From positions 1 through 64,000 of the IMG/VR virus record IMGVR_UViG_3300042517_000577: 64,000 nucleotides of DNA; one strand, 5' to 3'. Of the stretch, positions 49,238 to 59,096 are shown in pieces (the stretch's first letter is position 1; the number at the start of each line of letters is the position of its first letter). Both the position numbers and the translations under genes were made by a program. The notes under the pieces were generated by a model. It was not told the DNA's origin and made no database searches. It saw only the letters and a list, made by a program, of their open reading frames with translations. This stretch comes from a virus.

Positions 49238-49864
49238 ATGCCATCATTTTCAGATAGAACTATTGATAGATTTAAAAAACAATTAACTGGTGGAGGTGCT
49301 CGCAGTAACTTATTTGAGGTAAGTTTTGGTGATTCATTTGATTCTGGAAAATTTGATTTTCCAGGAGATATTGGATCTGTAGAGGCATCTCACAACATGT
49401 TAATTAAAACTGCGGGACTTCCAGCCTCTACTATCTCAGAAATTCCAGTTCCATTTAGAGGAAGAACTCTAAAAATTGCTGGAGACAGAACATTTGACGT
49501 TTGGTCAATTACAGTTATCAATGATACTGATTTCAAATGGAGAAATATTTTTGAAAGATGGATGAATTATATTGTTAAAGTTTCTGATGGAAGTGGTTCC
49601 ATTAATCCTAATGACTATCAAGTAAATGCAATAGTATCTCAACTTTCTAGAGGTCCAGGTTCTGCATTATCTACAGCAGGAAATACTAATAGCACTAAAA
49701 TTGAATCTTTAAGATCATATAAACTGTGTGGATTATTCCCAACTAATGTATCTCAAATTGAGCTTTCTTACAATAATGAAAATGAAATTGAAGAATTCAC
49801 CGTAGATCTTCAAGTTCAGTGGTGGGAAGCATATGATGGAACTAACTCCGGACAAGTAATCTAA
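49238..49864 (+). CDS. gp19: tail tube protein gp19
   Basis: GGARSNLFEV, VPFRGRTLKIAGDRTF, IEEFTVD. Confidence 0.96.
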   Translation: MPSFSDRTIDRFKKQLTGGGARSNLFEVSFGDSFDSGKFDFPGDIGSVEASHNMLIKTAGLPASTISEIPVPFRGRTLKIAGDRTFDVWSITVINDTDFKWRNIFERWMNYIVKVSDGSGSINPNDYQVNAIVSQLSRGPGSALSTAGNTNSTKIESLRSYKLCGLFPTNVSQIELSYNNENEIEEFTVDLQVQWWEAYDGTNSGQVI

Positions 49865-49890
49865 ATAGTAGTAAGATTTAATTTTATAAT

Positions 49891-51555
49891 ATGACAAGAT
49901 TATTTGGATTCTCGATAGAGGACGATAATAAATTACCAAAGAATGCAGTCTCCCCCGTCCCCAAAAATAATGAGGACGGGGCAGATTATTATTTGACTAG
50001 TGGTTTTTATGGTCAATATGTAGATATTGAAGGTGTATTCAGAAATGAATACGATTTAATTAAGAGATACCGTGAGATGGCACTTCACCCAGAGTGTGAT
50101 AGTGCTATCGAGAACGTTGTGAATGAAGCAATTGTAAGTGATCTAAATGATTCCCCTGTTGAAATTGAGCTCAGCAATCTAAATGCTAGTGATGGCCTCA
50201 AAAAAATTATTAGAGAAGAGTTTAAGTATATTAAGGATTTACTAGACTTTGATAAGAAGTCTCACGAAATATTCAAGAATTGGTACGTTGACGGAAGATT
50301 ATTATATCACAAAGTAATTGATCTGCAGAAACCTCACGAAGGAATTCAAGATTTACGATACATTGATGCACTTAAAACAAGATTTATCAGGCAGCAAAAG
50401 AAAGATAAATCTCAAATGAATTTGGGTGGGAATTACCTCAATAATATTGATCCGAGCAATCCCAAATCATTCCAAGAACCAGAAATCGACGAGTATTTTA
50501 TATACTATCCACAGGGAACTATTCAGAAAGTAGGTTCTACTAATAGAGGTATTAAGATCGCAAAGGATTCGATTACCTATGTAACATCTGGTCTTGTTGA
50601 TAGGAACAGGCAACTTACTCTATCCTATCTTCATAAAGCAATTAAGTCACTCAATCAATTACGAATGATTGAGGATGCTCTTGTAATCTATAGACTATCT
50701 CGTGCTCCAGAACGTAGAATTTTCTACATTGATGTGGGCAATCTTCCTAAGGTAAAGGCAGAGCAATATCTTCGTGATGTTATGAACAGGTATAGAAATA
50801 AACTTGTTTATGATGCTAACACTGGTGAAATGCGTGATGACAAGAAGTTTATGTCTATGATGGAAGACTTCTGGTTGCCTCGTAGAGAAGGTGGAAGAGG
50901 AACTGAAATCACCACACTTCCTGGAGGTCAAAACCTAGGGGAACTCACAGATGTTCAATATTTCCAAAAGAAACTCTTCAGAGCATTAAATGTTCCGGAA
51001 TCAAGAACTGCCTCTGATGGTGGGTTCAATTTAGGTAGATCTTCAGAGATCCTACGTGATGAATTAATGTTTGGTAAGTTTGTAGGAAGATTGAGAAAGA
51101 GATTTAGTAATCTGTTTCACGATCTCCTTAAGACACAATTAATTCTAAAGAATATCGTAACTCCAGAAGATTGGGAGTTGATGAGTGATCATATTCAATA
51201 TGATTACTTATATGACGGACATTTTTCTGAATTGAAAGATACAGAATTGATGAACGAAAGATTGAACTTGATGGTAGCAATTCAACCATATATCGGAACA
51301 TATTACTCCCAAGATTATGTCAGACGTAAGATACTTCGTCAAACCGACCAAGAGATCGTAGATGAAAATGAACTGATGAAGAAGGAAATTGACGAAGGAT
51401 TGTACCCAGATCCAAAACTTGCTCCTCCTATTGGTCCAGATGGGCAACCAATGATCCCTGGTTCAGATGGGCAAATGCTGGGACAAGTTCCTATGGAACC
51501 TCAAGTATCTGCAGACAAGGATATGAAGATAAATGCCAAGGCAGCAGAGATATAA
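49891..51555 (+). CDS. gp20: portal protein gp20
   Basis: LFGFSI, RAPERRIFYIDVGNLP, EDFWLPRREGGRGTEI. Confidence 0.97.
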   Translation: MTRLFGFSIEDDNKLPKNAVSPVPKNNEDGADYYLTSGFYGQYVDIEGVFRNEYDLIKRYREMALHPECDSAIENVVNEAIVSDLNDSPVEIELSNLNASDGLKKIIREEFKYIKDLLDFDKKSHEIFKNWYVDGRLLYHKVIDLQKPHEGIQDLRYIDALKTRFIRQQKKDKSQMNLGGNYLNNIDPSNPKSFQEPEIDEYFIYYPQGTIQKVGSTNRGIKIAKDSITYVTSGLVDRNRQLTLSYLHKAIKSLNQLRMIEDALVIYRLSRAPERRIFYIDVGNLPKVKAEQYLRDVMNRYRNKLVYDANTGEMRDDKKFMSMMEDFWLPRREGGRGTEITTLPGGQNLGELTDVQYFQKKLFRALNVPESRTASDGGFNLGRSSEILRDELMFGKFVGRLRKRFSNLFHDLLKTQLILKNIVTPEDWELMSDHIQYDYLYDGHFSELKDTELMNERLNLMVAIQPYIGTYYSQDYVRRKILRQTDQEIVDENELMKKEIDEGLYPDPKLAPPIGPDGQPMIPGSDGQMLGQVPMEPQVSADKDMKINAKAAEI

Positions 51556-51580
51556 ATAAATTATACATTTGAGGTCATTT

Positions 51581-51748
51581 ATGGAATCTAGTCAGGAATT
51601 GATGGATATTATTTTATCCGATAATTCGTCAGAAGAAATTTCAGATAAGATAAAAGAAATTCTATTCACGAAATCTAGTGAGAATATTGATAGTGTAACC
51701 CCATACATTGCTCAATCATTATTCGGAACACAAGTAGAAGAGGAGTGA
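51581..51748 (+). CDS. small acidic head-region protein
   Basis: 55-aa ORF read manually after TATAAATA 51551-51558 with GAGG SD. Confidence 0.7.
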   Translation: MESSQELMDIILSDNSSEEISDKIKEILFTKSSENIDSVTPYIAQSLFGTQVEEE

Positions 51749-51751
51749 TAA

Positions 51752-52555
51752 GTGGAAGAAATCAATGTCGAACTACTTGATTTTTTCAAAGCAGTAAAAT
51801 CGGAAAAAAAGGAAAAGAAAGATAAGATAGATTCTATCATCGGGAATTCCTTTTTTGAAGATTTTGTAAAGCCATTATCGGAAGAAGTTAAAGCAAAAGA
51901 AACTAAAATTGCTCCAAAAAAATCCAAAAAACCAATTCAAGTAAAGGAAGAAGTTAAAGAGGATTTAATTGAAAAGTCTTTAGGACTTCTTTCAGAACCT
52001 TCAAATACTAAACAACAAAAAGATCCACTTACTCCATTAGACCAAAAGTTCGCAACACTTGATGATTTACAAAAACATTACAGTACTTTCCTTTCTCGTA
52101 TTCAACAACAACTCTCCACATTAGGTGGAGGTGGAGAAACCAGATTAAGATACTTAGATGATATTGTAGGTATTGCAACTAATTCTGGTGCTTATAATAA
52201 TAAATTTTTACAGTGGAATTCTATAACAAATAAAGCAGAGTTTGTTGACCCAAATGATGTTGGTGGAACAACAATAGTCAATATTAGTGGAACTACTAAC
52301 TACTATCAGGCATCAAATGTTGATGATTATATTGGAGTGAGTGCTGATGTTCCAGTAACAATTGTATTGCCACAAATTCCTTCCTATGGTAAGAAGTTAA
52401 TTGTAAAAGACGAAGGTAATAAAATTGCTACATACAATATAACAGTCCAGGCAGGTGCTGGAACAAGTGTAGAGAATGATAGTTCAGTTATTATGACTAC
52501 CAATCATCAAAGTTTTACTTATTTTTACAATGGAAACAATTGGTTCTTAATCTAA
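51752..52555 (+). CDS. hypothetical structural protein (fibre-like C-terminus)
   Basis: QLSTLGGGGETRLRYLDD; C-terminal beta-rich domain. Confidence 0.7.
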   Translation: MEEINVELLDFFKAVKSEKKEKKDKIDSIIGNSFFEDFVKPLSEEVKAKETKIAPKKSKKPIQVKEEVKEDLIEKSLGLLSEPSNTKQQKDPLTPLDQKFATLDDLQKHYSTFLSRIQQQLSTLGGGGETRLRYLDDIVGIATNSGAYNNKFLQWNSITNKAEFVDPNDVGGTTIVNISGTTNYYQASNVDDYIGVSADVPVTIVLPQIPSYGKKLIVKDEGNKIATYNITVQAGAGTSVENDSSVIMTTNHQSFTYFYNGNNWFLI

Positions 52556-52556
52556 T

Positions 52557-54131
52557 ATGTCTTATAATCCCCTTCCACAACCAGCAACTTCTGTAGTTCT
52601 TACAGGTGCAGGAACATCAGTAGTAACATTTGATAATCCATTTCCAGTATCTCTTGGAAGTTCTAGTATTACTATTAATGGTGATATTACTATTCCAGGT
52701 ATTGTAACAGTTACAAGTACACCAGAAAATCCAATCCATTCTCATTTAGTTGAAGTTGGAACTAGTGGAACATTAACAACACCATATCTTCCAGTTGGTA
52801 TTTCAACATTACTGAATACTGTAGGTATTGGAACCACAGGGCAAGTATCAATCAACCTCAATAATTCACCAGTTAGCACTACAAATCCATTTCCTGTTAC
52901 TGGATCAGTTGATATTGAATTACCACCAACAGCAACTGATGCATTTGGTAGACAAAGAATGTCTACCCCACTCACACTTTTTGATAGTTCTCACAGATAT
53001 AGAGACAATAATCTTTGGAGTGGTTTAGTTGTTGGTACTGGTTCAACAGTTGGATTTTCGACAGCACAAGGTTTGATTAATATGACTGTTGGTGTTGGAA
53101 GCACCGCATCAATCATCAGAGAAACTACAAAAGTATTCTCTTATCAACCAGGAAAATCATTACAGGTATTGAATACATTTGTAATGAACCCAGCAAAAGC
53201 AAATCTTCGTCAAAGAGTAGGATACTTTGGTGCAGATAATGGAATGTATCTAGAACTTGATGGAAGTAATTTATATTTTGTAGAAAGAACATATGTTCCA
53301 GGAATTACAACAGAAACAAGAGTATCACAAGCAAGTTGGAATGTTGATACGATGCTTGGTCCTGGGCATCTCAATCCATCTGGTGTCACATTAGATATTT
53401 CCAAAGCACAAATTATGTGGATGGATATTGAATGGTTGGGACTTGGAACGGTAAGACTAGGATTTGTAGTTGATGGTAAGTTTATTCACTGCCACTCATT
53501 CCATCACGCAAATCTTATCAATACAACTTATATCACAACAGCATCATTACCTTTGAGATATGAGATTGCAAATACTGGAATTACAACGAGTGCGAGCACA
53601 TTAAAACAAGTTTGTTCCACTGTAATTTCAGAGGGTGGTTATGAACTTCGTGGATTGCAACAAGCAATAGGAACACCAGTTCAAACACCAGTTGATTTAA
53701 CAACGGCAGGAACATATTATACAGTCGCATCAATTCGTCTTAAAGCAATACCAAATAGATTAGATGCAATCGTAATTCTAACTGCACTTTCTATTTTAGG
53801 TATTACAAACAATGCAACTTATAATTGGCAAGTAAGAGCAAGTGGAACATCTAATGGTGGAACTTGGTCTGATGCTGGTCTCGATAGTGCTGTTGAATAT
53901 AAGATTGGTGGAGGAACTTATACTGGTGGAAGAATACTAGCATCTGGATATACATATGGTTCCAATCAAGGTTCAACATCAGTAGATATTCTCAAGGAGG
54001 CATTATTTAAGTTCCAGTTGGAAAGAGATGCACTAACTGGGACACCCTATGAACTTTCTATCGTATGTGCCTCTGATGCTAATGGTGCAGATATTCACGC
54101 ATCTATGGACTGGGAAGAAATTAGTAGGTAA
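52557..54131 (+). CDS. virion structural protein
   Basis: NPFPV repeats, DAFGRQR, YQPGKS, DIEWLGLGTVR. Confidence 0.75.
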   Translation: MSYNPLPQPATSVVLTGAGTSVVTFDNPFPVSLGSSSITINGDITIPGIVTVTSTPENPIHSHLVEVGTSGTLTTPYLPVGISTLLNTVGIGTTGQVSINLNNSPVSTTNPFPVTGSVDIELPPTATDAFGRQRMSTPLTLFDSSHRYRDNNLWSGLVVGTGSTVGFSTAQGLINMTVGVGSTASIIRETTKVFSYQPGKSLQVLNTFVMNPAKANLRQRVGYFGADNGMYLELDGSNLYFVERTYVPGITTETRVSQASWNVDTMLGPGHLNPSGVTLDISKAQIMWMDIEWLGLGTVRLGFVVDGKFIHCHSFHHANLINTTYITTASLPLRYEIANTGITTSASTLKQVCSTVISEGGYELRGLQQAIGTPVQTPVDLTTAGTYYTVASIRLKAIPNRLDAIVILTALSILGITNNATYNWQVRASGTSNGGTWSDAGLDSAVEYKIGGGTYTGGRILASGYTYGSNQGSTSVDILKEALFKFQLERDALTGTPYELSIVCASDANGADIHASMDWEEISR

Positions 54132-54172
54132 TTTAGGATTTACTAAATACTTAATATTGTCAAATTATAAGA

Positions 54173-54703
54173 ATGTCATACAAAATAGTGCAAACAATTG
54201 CACCATTAACTGGTGTCACAACTGGATCAGCATCAACTAGTGATGCCATTTCACTGAAAAGTGGTGTTTTGAGAATTTCAACTTCTGCAGCAAATGCAAA
54301 TGTTGCTATTGGAACTGCGCCAACTGCAACCTCATCAGATTTTCATATTGTAACTTCTCAACCAGAAGTCCTGAAGGAAAGAGTTGCTAGACAGCAAATT
54401 TCAGGTATTACAACTGGAGCAACCACTATAGTTCTATTCGGAGAAAACTACGGAAATCCATTTGTAGTTGGGGATTATGTATCGATAGAAGGTGCAACTA
54501 CATCTGGTATCAACACCTCGCACGTAGCAGTAACTGCAAAGACTGATGGGTCAATTACCATTAATCACGACTCATCTTCAGTAGTTGGAGTAATTACAGT
54601 AACAGGTGCGGTAGTTGCAAGAAGTGTAAAAGTTTCTGCCTTGGGTCAAGGTGGAACTGCGAATGTCTTTATTTCAGAAGTACAAATCTCATCCCAGGCA
54701 TAA
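54173..54703 (+). CDS. hypothetical structural protein
   Basis: Late promoter CTAAATA upstream; S/T/V rich; directly precedes gp21. Confidence 0.75.
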   Translation: MSYKIVQTIAPLTGVTTGSASTSDAISLKSGVLRISTSAANANVAIGTAPTATSSDFHIVTSQPEVLKERVARQQISGITTGATTIVLFGENYGNPFVVGDYVSIEGATTSGINTSHVAVTAKTDGSITINHDSSSVVGVITVTGAVVARSVKVSALGQGGTANVFISEVQISSQA

Positions 54704-54705
54704 AA

Positions 54706-55356
54706 ATGAAACTCATCACAGAAGAAATCGAATCAGTAGAAATTATTACTGAAGAAAAGAATGGTATAAAGACCCTGTATATTCAAGGTCCTTTCCTTCA
54801 AGCAGAAGTTACTAACAGAAATGGTAGAAACTATCCTCTTTCTATTATGGAGAGAGAAGTAAAAAGATATAACGATAGTTTTATTTGCAAAGGAAGAGCA
54901 CTTGGTGAACTCGGTCATCCAGATGGTCCAACTGTAAATTTAGATAGAGTTTCTCATATGATTACTTCTCTTCATAGAGAGGGTAATAATTTCATTGGAA
55001 AGGCAAAACTTCTTGATACTCCAATGGGAAACATTGCAAAGTCACTTTTGGGTGAGGGAGTAACTCTTGGAGTTTCATCTAGAGGAATTGGTTCTTTAGT
55101 TGAGAAGAATGGTATTAAGTATGTGGGTGAAGATTTTATGTTGGCAACTGCTGCTGACATTGTTGCTGATCCATCTGCACCTGATGCCTTCGTTCAAGGA
55201 ATTATGGAAGGAAAGGAATGGGTATGGGATGGTGGAATCCTAAAGGAAATGAATGCGGCAGAAACAAGACAGAAAATTGAAAGACTTACCAAAGCAAGAA
55301 AGTTGAGTGAGCATAATAAACTCAAACTATTAAACGACTATCTTTCAAATCTATAA
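54706..55356 (+). CDS. gp21: prohead protease gp21
   Basis: MKLITE, NRNGRNY, ALGELGHP, GVSSRGIGS, DIVADPSAPDA. Confidence 0.97.
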   Translation: MKLITEEIESVEIITEEKNGIKTLYIQGPFLQAEVTNRNGRNYPLSIMEREVKRYNDSFICKGRALGELGHPDGPTVNLDRVSHMITSLHREGNNFIGKAKLLDTPMGNIAKSLLGEGVTLGVSSRGIGSLVEKNGIKYVGEDFMLATAADIVADPSAPDAFVQGIMEGKEWVWDGGILKEMNAAETRQKIERLTKARKLSEHNKLKLLNDYLSNL

Positions 55357-55409
55357 TTTATAAATAAATATAGAATAAATTAATTAAAGATTTTATTCGG
55401 AGAATAAAA

Positions 55410-56546
55410 ATGAGTGTCGGTAACGATTTACAAGAAATGGAAGTATCTACTAAAAAATCTACTACTGCAGTAAACAAAGGTGCTAAGCCTGCTGAAGGAA
55501 TGCCAAAAGGCACAGTTCCAGGTGAAGGTCTTAATAATTCTGTAGAAGATCTCGGAGGTCCCACTCCTCAAAATTCAAGACCAGAAGATGAGTCGAACAA
55601 ACTCAAGACTCCTGCAAGAACTCTTTCCAGAGTTAGCAACGTCGTAAATAAGGGTGCCAAGGCTCCCGATCCTATGCCCGTTGCTAACAAAGGTGCTATG
55701 AGTTATGAGGAGACTGAACTTGAGGATGAAGAGTACATCTCTGAAGAAGAAGAGATTGAGACTGAAGAAGTAGAAGAGATTGCTGAAGATATTCTTTCAT
55801 TAGAAGAGAAACTCGATGAGATTGTATCTGAAAGAGTAGATTACTCTGACGATATCAATGCTCTGATGGAAGGAGAGGATCTTTCCCCTGAGTTTATGAA
55901 TAAGGCAGCAATCATTTTTGAAGCTGCGATTAAGCAAAAGTTAATCGCAATCGTTGAAGCATACGAAGAAGAGTATGCTCAAAGACTTGTAGAAGAAGTT
56001 ACCGAAATCAGAAACGAATTGACTGAAAGAGTTGATTCTTATCTGGAATACGTTTCCGAAGAGTGGATGGTCGAGAACTCACTGCAGATTGAGACTGGTA
56101 TCAGATCACAATTAGCAGAATCGTTCTTAACCAACCTCAAAGGACTTTTTGAAGATCATTATGTAGAAATCCCTGAAGAGAAATATGATGTCCTAGAAGG
56201 AATGGTCGAAAGACTAGATGAAATGGAAGAAAAACTCAACGAACAGATCGAAAGAAATGTTCAGTTAAATAGAAGACTTAGTGAGGCAGTTAGTGACACC
56301 ATTTTAAATGATGTTGCTGAAGGATTAGCTTTAACTCAAAAGGAAAAGCTTGCAAGTCTTGCTGAAAGTGTTGAGTTTGAAAGTGAAGAAGACTATCGTG
56401 AGAGACTGGAGACCCTAAAGGAGTCATACTTCACAAAAATTCCAGTATCTTCATCAAAAGGAGAAATTCTTTTGGAGCAAGCAGATGAGGATTACGGTCC
56501 CCAAATGAATGCTTATTTGAAAGCACTTGGTAAATATGCCAAGTGA
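55410..56546 (+). CDS. gp22: prohead core scaffold gp22
   Basis: E-rich; IFEAA, VDSYLEYVSEEW, LKESYF; TATAAATA 55359-55366. Confidence 0.95.
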   Translation: MSVGNDLQEMEVSTKKSTTAVNKGAKPAEGMPKGTVPGEGLNNSVEDLGGPTPQNSRPEDESNKLKTPARTLSRVSNVVNKGAKAPDPMPVANKGAMSYEETELEDEEYISEEEEIETEEVEEIAEDILSLEEKLDEIVSERVDYSDDINALMEGEDLSPEFMNKAAIIFEAAIKQKLIAIVEAYEEEYAQRLVEEVTEIRNELTERVDSYLEYVSEEWMVENSLQIETGIRSQLAESFLTNLKGLFEDHYVEIPEEKYDVLEGMVERLDEMEEKLNEQIERNVQLNRRLSEAVSDTILNDVAEGLALTQKEKLASLAESVEFESEEDYRERLETLKESYFTKIPVSSSKGEILLEQADEDYGPQMNAYLKALGKYAK

Positions 56547-56613
56547 AATCTACATTATACTAAATATTTGTAGTTAAAAACACTTTAACAAGACTAAACA
56601 AGGAGAAAAGCAA

Positions 56614-58038
56614 ATGTTCCTTTCAGAACAATTGCAGAATAAGTGGAAACCACTTCTTGAGGCAAACGGCCTTGATGACATCAAGGATCCTTATAGAAAA
56701 GCGGTTACTGCAGTTCTGCTCGAAAACCAAGAAAGATTTTTAAAAGAAGAGAGAGGTTTCCTCACCGAGGCTGCCCCTAACATCAACACTGACCCAGGTG
56801 CTACTGGTGCCGCCGGTTTCTCTGGTGGTGCATCTGCTCCAGTTGCAGGTTTCGATCCAGTTCTGATCTCACTGATCAGACGTTCAATGCCTAACCTGGT
56901 TGCTTATGATCTTGCTGGCGTTCAGCCAATGAATGGTCCTACTGGACTGATCTTCGCAATGAGAAGCAAGTATGTAAATCAGGACGGTACTGAAGCTCTG
57001 TACAACGAGCCTGATACTGCTTACTCAGGTCAGGACGACGGTTACAACCTGGCTCAAGGCGACTACACCGGAGGAAGTGACGGTGGTGCTTCCGTTGGTT
57101 TCGGAACCACTGGTTTCGTTGGTGGTGGTACTGCTGCTGGTACTAACCCTGCTCTTCTGAACAGTGCAGGTGCTGTTGGAACTGACTACAGAGTTGGTCA
57201 GGGTATGAGCACTCAAGCTGCTGAAGCACTTGGTGGTGCTGCTGGAGATCAGTTCAACCAGATGGCATTCAGCATCGAAAAGATTGCTGTTACTGCCAAG
57301 TCAAGAGCACTCAAGGCAGAGTACACTCTGGAACTGGCACAAGACCTTAAGGCAATCCACGGTCTGGATGCTGAGGCTGAATTAGCAAACATTCTCTCAA
57401 CTGAGATTCTTGCTGAAATCAACCGTGAAGTTATCCGTACTATCTACAAGATTGCTGAAGCTGGTGCTCAAACCAACGTAGCAACTGCTGGTATCTTCGA
57501 CCTCGATGTTGACTCAAACGGTCGTTGGTCCGTTGAGAAGTTCAAGGGTCTTCTTTTCCAACTGGAAAGAGATGCCAACGCAATCGCACAAAGAACTCGT
57601 AGAGGAAAGGGTAACGTTATCCTTTGTTCTGCTGACGTTGCTTCTGCTCTGACCATGGCTGGTCTGCTGGATTATACTCCTGCTCTCAATGCCAACCTGA
57701 ACGTTGATGATACTGGCAATACTTTTGCTGGTGTTCTCAACGGTAAGTTCAGAGTTTATATTGACCCATTTGCTGCCAACCTTGCTGCTGAGCAGTATTA
57801 CGTTGTTGGTTACAAGGGAACTAATCCTTATGATGCTGGTCTGTTCTATTGCCCTTACGTTCCTCTCCAGATGGTTCGTGCTGTTGGTCAGGACACCTTC
57901 CAGCCCAAGATTGGATTCAAGACCAGATACGGTATGGTTGCCAACCCATTCGCAGAAGGCACCAGTGCTGGTCTGGGAAGAATTCAACAGAACACAAACC
58001 GTTACTACAGAAGAGTTCAAATCAAGAACCTTATGTGA
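56614..58038 (+). CDS. gp23: major capsid protein gp23
   Basis: GVQPMNGPTGLIFAMR, KSRALKAEYT, FYCPYVP, FQPKIGFKTRYG. Confidence 0.98.
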   Translation: MFLSEQLQNKWKPLLEANGLDDIKDPYRKAVTAVLLENQERFLKEERGFLTEAAPNINTDPGATGAAGFSGGASAPVAGFDPVLISLIRRSMPNLVAYDLAGVQPMNGPTGLIFAMRSKYVNQDGTEALYNEPDTAYSGQDDGYNLAQGDYTGGSDGGASVGFGTTGFVGGGTAAGTNPALLNSAGAVGTDYRVGQGMSTQAAEALGGAAGDQFNQMAFSIEKIAVTAKSRALKAEYTLELAQDLKAIHGLDAEAELANILSTEILAEINREVIRTIYKIAEAGAQTNVATAGIFDLDVDSNGRWSVEKFKGLLFQLERDANAIAQRTRRGKGNVILCSADVASALTMAGLLDYTPALNANLNVDDTGNTFAGVLNGKFRVYIDPFAANLAAEQYYVVGYKGTNPYDAGLFYCPYVPLQMVRAVGQDTFQPKIGFKTRYGMVANPFAEGTSAGLGRIQQNTNRYYRRVQIKNLM

Positions 58039-58057
58039 GCCATTCACAAGTTTCGGG

Positions 58058-58082
58058 GAGGGTCTTCGGACCCTCTTTTTTT
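58058..58082 (+). terminator. intrinsic terminator after gp23
   Basis: GAGGGTC-TTCG-GACCCTC followed by T7 (cUUCGg tetraloop). Confidence 0.93.
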
Positions 58083-58112
58083 ATGCAAATAAATAGTTAA
58101 AAACACAAAATT

Positions 58113-58667
58113 ATGACGAATAGTACTTGGAGTGGGCAACCATCAAATAAAAATTTCCTATCACCAACTGGGTTTAAGTTTAACCTGAATAAGGCACCTA
58201 AGGTTGATTTCTATTCCAATGCTGCGAACATACCAGCAATATCTTTAGGATCTGCAATCCAAACAAGGTATGGAAAAAATATTGATATCCCTGGAGATAA
58301 GATGACCTTTGGGGATTTCAATCTAAGATTTTTAGTTGATGAAAATCTAGAGAACTATTTGGAAATATGGAATTGGATGACTGGTTTAGGATTTCCTTAT
58401 AGTTTAGAACAGTATGATGACCTGATGAAATCTACTAAGATTTCTAATCCAGAATCAAATAATTCAACTGAATTTTACGAACAATCAGATGCTACATTGC
58501 AAATTTTAAATAGTAATTTCAATCCAACATTTTCAGTTAAATTTACAGGGATGTATCCTACTTCATTATCATCTTTGGAATTTGACGCAACAGAAGAAAA
58601 TATTAATTATTTTACAGCACAAGTTAATTTCAAATATACTTATTATAAAATTATTCCGAATTTATGA
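58113..58667 (+). CDS. gp3: tail completion protein gp3
   Basis: NFLSPTGFKF, IPGDK, FLVDENLENY; synteny. Confidence 0.9.
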   Translation: MTNSTWSGQPSNKNFLSPTGFKFNLNKAPKVDFYSNAANIPAISLGSAIQTRYGKNIDIPGDKMTFGDFNLRFLVDENLENYLEIWNWMTGLGFPYSLEQYDDLMKSTKISNPESNNSTEFYEQSDATLQILNSNFNPTFSVKFTGMYPTSLSSLEFDATEENINYFTAQVNFKYTYYKIIPNL

Positions 58668-59095
58668 TTGACCTTGAAAAAATTCAAGAGATGTGGAAAG
58701 AAGATTCTCAAATCAACATTGATGATCTTCACAACGAATCCTTAAAGGTAGCATCTCTACACTCAAAATATTATGAAATTTACAATAATGTTTCCTTATT
58801 AAGAAAAAGATCAGAACTTCAGTACAAGCAGAAGAAGTTAGAACGATACAATTACTACAACGGCAAATCTGCTCCAGAAGTTTATAAAGAAGAACCATTC
58901 CCTTACAAAGTAAGAGATAAAGAAGGTATGAATAGATATCTGGAAGCAGATCAGAAACTATCAGATATTTTTATGAAAATTGAATATTATGATATAATAT
59001 TAAAATATTTGGAGGAAATTATAAAAATGATTTCCAACAGAACTTATCAAATTAAAAATTCAATTGACTTCTTAAGATTCCAATCGGGAATGTAA
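58664..59095 (+). CDS. uvsY: recombination mediator UvsY
   Basis: LHSKY, YYNGK, RTYQIKNSIDF. Confidence 0.92.
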   Translation: MIDLEKIQEMWKEDSQINIDDLHNESLKVASLHSKYYEIYNNVSLLRKRSELQYKQKKLERYNYYNGKSAPEVYKEEPFPYKVRDKEGMNRYLEADQKLSDIFMKIEYYDIILKYLEEIIKMISNRTYQIKNSIDFLRFQSGM

Positions 59096-59096
59096 T

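Noticed and set aside
57514-58047. Long minus-strand ORFs opposite gp23, the helicase (6562-7359) and other genes
   Set aside because: Antisense shadows of strongly biased + strand genes, with no SD or recognisable motifs
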